Origin: Dehalococcoidia bacterium
GTDB lineage: Bacteria > Chloroflexota > Dehalococcoidia > Lucifugimonadales > UBA3495
NCBI GenBank assembly: GCA_027249445.1
Contig: JAPNTN010000049.1
Coordinates: forward strand, 1-38,412
Length of the DNA stretch: 38,412 bases
Direction of reading: 5' to 3'
The position numbers and the translations under genes were made by a program. The notes under the pieces were generated by a model. That model searched no databases. It was not told the origin of the DNA and worked only from the letters and a program-made list of their open reading frames with translations. Positions 33,951 to 38,412 of the stretch are shown in pieces (within the stretch, counting starts at the first letter, position 1; each line of letters begins with the position of its first letter).

Positions 33951-35426
33951 ATGCAACCGCAACCAGTAATAGTATGGTTTAGGAACGATCTGCGCTTGGA
34001 AGGCAATCTAGCTCTAAGCGCAGCTCTAGCCTCTCAAAAACCTGTTATCCCAGTATTTATATGGAACGACAAGTCAAGTGATTGTACTTTTAACGGCCCT
34101 CATTCTGAACGATGGCTTGGAGTTTCCTTGCGACATTTGTCAGATTCATTAAATCACCTGGGTTCTCGTCTAATTATCAGGACAGGATATGCCCCTAAAG
34201 AGCTTCGCGACCTGGCCTCGGAAACACACGCTGATCATGTCTATTTTAACGAAAGATACGAACCCTCTGAAATACAAACACAGAGTTTGGTCGAAGAAGC
34301 TCTAAGGCCACAGAATATCGTATTGAAAGCATTCAACTCTAATTATTTATTTGATCCAAGGACTATATATAAAGCTAACAATCATCCTTATAAAAAGTTC
34401 GGCGCATTTTGGAAACATTGTTTAACGCTACAAGAACCAAACCCACTGCCTCTGCCACTGAGGTCCGAACAATTTTCGAGTCCTATGCTGTGGCCTAATA
34501 CAGTCCAACTCACAGAAATGAACGAAGGTTCAAGTTTTAGGGAAGTATCATGTATAAAACCAATGTGGACCCCCGGGGAGGCATCCTCCAATAGAAAACT
34601 TAAAGAATTTCTCCTAACTTCATACGAATATTACTCCGAAAATAGAGAGCGTTCAGATATTACTGGAACGTCGATGCTATCGCCCCACTTAAGCTTCGGA
34701 GAAATAGGACCGACTCAGATACTCCAAGAACTAGACCAACAAAAGCTGAAGGCAACAGCTTCAGTAACTTTACATGAAGACAAATTCATTACAGAACTAG
34801 GCTGGAGAGAGTTCGCTAACTACATCATTACGCATTTTCCCGCATCTAATAGCGAACCAAGCAATACAGTTCTCGATCATTTCATCTGGGACGATAATAA
34901 ATACCACTTAACTGCTTGGCAATCAGGGGAGACGGGTTACCCCATAATCGACGCAGCAATGAGACAGCTTAAAAGCACTGGCTGGATGAATAATAGGCTT
35001 CGCATGGTCGTGGCATCTTTCTTAATCAAGAATTTACTTATACCATGGCAGAAGGGGGCAGAGTGGTTCTCTTACTTATTGGTAGATGCCAACGAGGCAA
35101 GTAATAATTTAGGATGGAAATGGATAGCAGGGTGCGGGACCGACTCATCACCCTATTTTAGGATCTTTAATCCACTGACACAATCTCAAAAAACCGACCA
35201 TGATGGATCATTTATCCATCAATGGATACCTGAATTATCTCAATTAGCTGAGCCCTGGATTCACCATCCATGGTTAGCACCCATAGATGTATTACAAAGA
35301 GCGCAGATCAGTTTAGATGTAGATTATCCAAGGCCTATTGTTGATTACAAAACATCCCGCATTCGTAGTTTAGCTGCATATAAGCAAGCTAAACTACTTT
35401 ACGATCTGGAGAGAAAACACAATTGA
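33951..35426 (+). CDS. phrB: deoxyribodipyrimidine photo-lyase (class I CPD photolyase / cryptochrome-photolyase family)
   Basis: 491 aa. VWFRNDLRL N-terminus, LSPHLSFGEI, GWREFANYI, TGYPIIDAAMRQLKSTGWMNNRLRMVVASFL, GWKWIAGCGTDSSPYFRIFNP. Confidence 0.93.
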   Translation: MQPQPVIVWFRNDLRLEGNLALSAALASQKPVIPVFIWNDKSSDCTFNGPHSERWLGVSLRHLSDSLNHLGSRLIIRTGYAPKELRDLASETHADHVYFNERYEPSEIQTQSLVEEALRPQNIVLKAFNSNYLFDPRTIYKANNHPYKKFGAFWKHCLTLQEPNPLPLPLRSEQFSSPMLWPNTVQLTEMNEGSSFREVSCIKPMWTPGEASSNRKLKEFLLTSYEYYSENRERSDITGTSMLSPHLSFGEIGPTQILQELDQQKLKATASVTLHEDKFITELGWREFANYIITHFPASNSEPSNTVLDHFIWDDNKYHLTAWQSGETGYPIIDAAMRQLKSTGWMNNRLRMVVASFLIKNLLIPWQKGAEWFSYLLVDANEASNNLGWKWIAGCGTDSSPYFRIFNPLTQSQKTDHDGSFIHQWIPELSQLAEPWIHHPWLAPIDVLQRAQISLDVDYPRPIVDYKTSRIRSLAAYKQAKLLYDLERKHN

Positions 35427-35622
35427 TATCTCACCACTTATTCAAATTCTTAGCTCTTGCCATAATCGATGCACTGAACATCCTAATCAGAAAAAATAAA
35501 CGTATACACTATAGTCCAGATTAACTGGCTTAACGAATTCATTTATTTGCATTTCTTCCAATAATGAAAAAGGAACAAGTACTGCATTTTTACTCAAGTA
35601 AGGAGTTGTCTTAAATCTCATA

Positions 35623-37092
35623 ATGTCTAATACCAGCATAACCAGAAATCACCGGATATTAGTAACAGGAGCAACGGGCTACATTGGCGGCAGATTAGTC
35701 CCAATGTTGGAAAAAATGGGGTATAGCGTTCGGTGTTTTGCGAGAAATTCAGATTCCCTTGCATCAAAAGTATCGCAAAACACCGAAATCATATCGGGGG
35801 ATATGCTAAGTTCCCAATCGATTGAACATGCTATGAATGGAATTGATACAGCATTTTATCTAGTCCACTCGATGGGGTCAGCTAAATCCTTTATGGATCT
35901 AGAAACAGAATGTGCTAGGAATTTTGCCTATGCTGCTAAATCTGCTGGGATCAGACGAATAATCTATCTTGGTGGCCTTGGCGAATCAACTAAGAAGTTA
36001 TCGCCGCACCTACTGAGCAGGCAGGAAGTAGGGTCGATATTAAGAGAATCAGAGGTCCCCGTTATTGAATTCAGAGCATCCGTCATTGTTGGATCAGGCA
36101 GCTTATCTTTCGAGTTAGTCCGCAGCCTAGTAGAACGTTTGCCAGTAATGATAACTCCCAGATGGGTCTCAACCCCATCGCAACCAATATCAATAGACGA
36201 CGTACTCAAATATCTAATAGAAAGCATCGAATTGCCGAAATACGAAGATATAATCGTAGAAATTGGAGGTGCAGAAATAATGTCCTACGGGCAAATCATG
36301 AAAGAGTACGCCCGACAGAGAGGACTAAAACGCCTCATGTTAGCAGTACCTGTCCTGACTCCTAGACTGTCCAGTCTGTGGCTGGGACTCGTCACTCCCG
36401 TTTATGCTCGAATAGGGCGCAAACTAATCGATAGCATGAGATATCCCAGTGTAGTTAATAGCACCACAGCACAACATTATTTCAACCTTATACCAAGTGG
36501 TGTTACTGATGCCATTAGTAAAGCACTAGAAGATGAAGATCGAGACTTTGCCGAAACGCGATGGTCTGACGCCCAATCTTCTTCAGGTCCGATCAAACAT
36601 TGGGGAGGAGTAAGGTTTGGACCAAGACTACTCGATATGCGAAGGATAAGTGTCTCTGTGGGACAGCAAGAGGCATTTATACCAATACAACGTATTGGCG
36701 GTCGACAAGGATGGTACTACGGAAATTGGTTGTGGCAGATACGTGGATTCCTAGACCTATTATTTGGAGGCGTTGGTATTCGTAGAGGTCGTAAACACCC
36801 TGAAACCATTACTGTGGGTGACACTATAGATTGGTGGCGGGTAGAGGCGTACGAACCATTCCAACGACTTCTACTGATTGCCGAGATGAAAGTCCCGGGA
36901 CGTGCATGGTTAGAATTCCAAGTAAGTCAGAAGGAAAATGAGACCATACTAACCCAAACCGCAATCTTTGATCCCGTAGGAGTAGGAGGATTGTTGTATT
37001 GGTACGCACTGTACCCGCTTCATAACTTAGTTTTCTCTGGCATGATAAACAATATCGGCCGGTACATCCAACTGCATAAAGAGGACTTATGA
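35623..37092 (+). CDS. NAD(P)H-binding SDR-like domain fused to a DUF2867 domain
   Basis: 489 aa. ILVTGATGYIGGRLV Rossmann start. The C-terminal ~150 aa (WRVEAYEPFQRLLLIAEMKVPGRAWLEFQV) are typical of DUF2867. Confidence 0.78.
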   Translation: MSNTSITRNHRILVTGATGYIGGRLVPMLEKMGYSVRCFARNSDSLASKVSQNTEIISGDMLSSQSIEHAMNGIDTAFYLVHSMGSAKSFMDLETECARNFAYAAKSAGIRRIIYLGGLGESTKKLSPHLLSRQEVGSILRESEVPVIEFRASVIVGSGSLSFELVRSLVERLPVMITPRWVSTPSQPISIDDVLKYLIESIELPKYEDIIVEIGGAEIMSYGQIMKEYARQRGLKRLMLAVPVLTPRLSSLWLGLVTPVYARIGRKLIDSMRYPSVVNSTTAQHYFNLIPSGVTDAISKALEDEDRDFAETRWSDAQSSSGPIKHWGGVRFGPRLLDMRRISVSVGQQEAFIPIQRIGGRQGWYYGNWLWQIRGFLDLLFGGVGIRRGRKHPETITVGDTIDWWRVEAYEPFQRLLLIAEMKVPGRAWLEFQVSQKENETILTQTAIFDPVGVGGLLYWYALYPLHNLVFSGMINNIGRYIQLHKEDL

Positions 37093-37835
37093 AAAACACG
37101 AGCGGCACGTTAATTTTGGGTGCTAGCGGAGGTATCGGATCTACTCTGGCTAGGACTTTAAGAGATCAAGAGGAACACCTTGTGTTAGCTGGACGAGATT
37201 CTACAACCCTAAGAGAACTTGGAGCCGAACTTGACTCTAAAATTATCATAATCGGATCCATGGATATTGAATCTATTAGTAAAGCGTATACAGAGGCCGA
37301 AGAGGTATTAGGTTCTCTGTATGGGACTGTAAACTGTATAGGATCATCTCTCCTAAAACCATCCCACACAATATCATCTGAGCAGTGGCAGGACATCGTG
37401 GATACTAACCTTACCAGTGCTATGGGTACTGTAAAAGGCGCATCCAGAGTTATGATGAAAAGAGGCGGTTCGATTGTATTAATAGCAGCCGCTTGCGGTA
37501 GAATAGGAATGGCCTACCACGACGCGATCAGCGCGACTAAAGCAGGCGTCATAGGGCTGACATTATCTGCTGCTGCAACATACTCAACCAAGGGAATACG
37601 GGTCAACTGTGTAGCTCCTGGACTCATAGATACGCCCATGACTTCTCCAATCACAGGAAATGAAATCGCATTGCGCTCATCTGAGTCTATACACCCTATT
37701 TCCAGAATAGGACAACCATATGAGGTAGTATCAGCAATCACCTGGCTATTAGACAGGCAGAATACATGGGTCACAGGGCAAGTAATCGGAGTAGATGGAG
37801 GGCTTGGGTCCGTACTGAAAAGGACCACTACATGA
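37089..37835 (+). CDS. SDR-family oxidoreductase, atypical active-site region
   Basis: 248 aa. The ATG overlaps the upstream stop (ATGA). LILGASGGIGSTLA, NCIGS and IRVNCVAPGLIDTPM motifs. The canonical Ser...YxxxK positions read IAAACG...AISATK. Confidence 0.8.
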   Translation: MKNTSGTLILGASGGIGSTLARTLRDQEEHLVLAGRDSTTLRELGAELDSKIIIIGSMDIESISKAYTEAEEVLGSLYGTVNCIGSSLLKPSHTISSEQWQDIVDTNLTSAMGTVKGASRVMMKRGGSIVLIAAACGRIGMAYHDAISATKAGVIGLTLSAAATYSTKGIRVNCVAPGLIDTPMTSPITGNEIALRSSESIHPISRIGQPYEVVSAITWLLDRQNTWVTGQVIGVDGGLGSVLKRTTT

Positions 37836-38412
37836 AGACTATAACCTACGTTAAGCGATCACAATTAAACCACTCAGCAACCACGGTTTTTAATTGGCAT
37901 TGCAGGGAAGGAGCCTTTGAAAGACTAAACCCGCCTTGGCAACCGGCCGAAACTATAGAGAAGTTAGGAAGCATTGAAGATAATGGAACTATCACAATCA
38001 AGACTAAACTTGGGCCATTATCCTCTAAGTGGTTTTTGAAACATATCGATTTCATTCAGGATCGCCAATTCGCAGACATTCTCATCAAAGGCCCCTTCGC
38101 CTATTGGAAACATATCCATAAAATGGAACCACAAGATGAAGAAACATGCATATTAGAAGATGAAATAGAGTTTTCTATGCGTGGTGGGATAGTAGGAAAT
38201 ATATTAGGTGGGCCTATCGTGAAGAACTTGCTACAAAAGATGTTCACCTACAGACACAACGTTCTCCGTTCAGACTTACTATCCCATAGCAGATATCAAT
38301 CAGATGGAATAACTAAGATACTAATATCCGGATCTACAGGTTTAATCGGCCAAGCTTTAAGCTCGTATCTATCTACTGGCGGCCATCAGGTAGTCAGGTT
38401 GGTCCGCACCTC
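37832..38412 (+). CDS. SRPBCC (polyketide cyclase-like) domain fused to a TIGR01777/YfcH-type (DUF1731) epimerase-like domain; 3' end outside the window
   Basis: The ATG overlaps the upstream TGA (ATGA at 37832-37835). Open frame to the window end (193 codons). N-terminal ~150 aa are SRPBCC-like (FERLNPPW...). From about 38315, KILISGSTGLIGQAL is a Rossmann start. Confidence 0.7.
   Translation, partial: MKTITYVKRSQLNHSATTVFNWHCREGAFERLNPPWQPAETIEKLGSIEDNGTITIKTKLGPLSSKWFLKHIDFIQDRQFADILIKGPFAYWKHIHKMEPQDEETCILEDEIEFSMRGGIVGNILGGPIVKNLLQKMFTYRHNVLRSDLLSHSRYQSDGITKILISGSTGLIGQALSSYLSTGGHQVVRLVRT

Noticed and set aside
145-35507. Octamer ACGTATAC recurring in intergenic DNA (145-152, 16963-16970, 17193-17200, 35500-35507)
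   Set aside because: All four exact copies are intergenic, which is suggestive. But the motif is short and AT-rich, and 7/8 near-matches occur inside coding regions (around 13330, 8395 and 37285). It is not distinguishable from chance without a genome-wide count.

Overview
Densely coding bacterial chromosomal window: about 42 CDS and 2 tRNAs. I found no rRNA, CRISPR array, transposase or integrase. GC looks low to moderate by eye. GGAG-type Shine-Dalgarno sites are frequent. Left part (0.5-6.2 kb): tRNA-Arg and tRNA-Pro, an Ldh_2 dehydrogenase, lysS and serS. 6.3-12.9 kb holds a co-directional minus-strand block: two paralogous MFS transporters, a cobalt-type nitrile-hydratase-family enzyme encoded as three ORFs (beta subunit split in two, as in thiocyanate hydrolase or toyocamycin nitrile hydratase), an HTTM + DCC(CxxC) fusion membrane protein, and a two-domain rhodanese. 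13-29.8 kb is a catabolic paralog region. It carries four luciferase-like (LLM) flavin/F420 oxidoreductases, two acyl-CoA dehydrogenases, an enoyl-CoA hydratase, a Zn-ADH, an MBL hydrolase, a beta-lactamase-family serine hydrolase and an orphan family-5 solute-binding lipoprotein with an (EKEV)n linker. It also carries rsmG, yqeK and a HIT protein. This content resembles marine Chloroflexota of the SAR202 type, but that assignment is inference only. The most interesting part is 29.9-38.4 kb. It encodes a CarH-like adenosylcobalamin photoreceptor module (W-x9-EH signature plus His-x-x-Gly B12 Rossmann domain) fused to a C-terminal XRE HTH instead of the usual N-terminal MerR domain. Next to it are a divergent zinc-ribbon gene and an apparent operon: DUF378, three unassignable small proteins, a DICT + USP-like sensor and a CPD photolyase. 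A translationally coupled SDR/DUF2867/SDR/SRPBCC-YfcH block follows. Perfect palindromes built from TAGAAC/GTTCTA (or TAGAAT/ATTCTA) half-sites occur in three intergenic regions: 25.6 kb, 29.9 kb and 31.4 kb. This suggests a small shared regulon, which I propose is a light-switched system with novel components. All functional calls rest on motif recognition by eye. No database search was possible.
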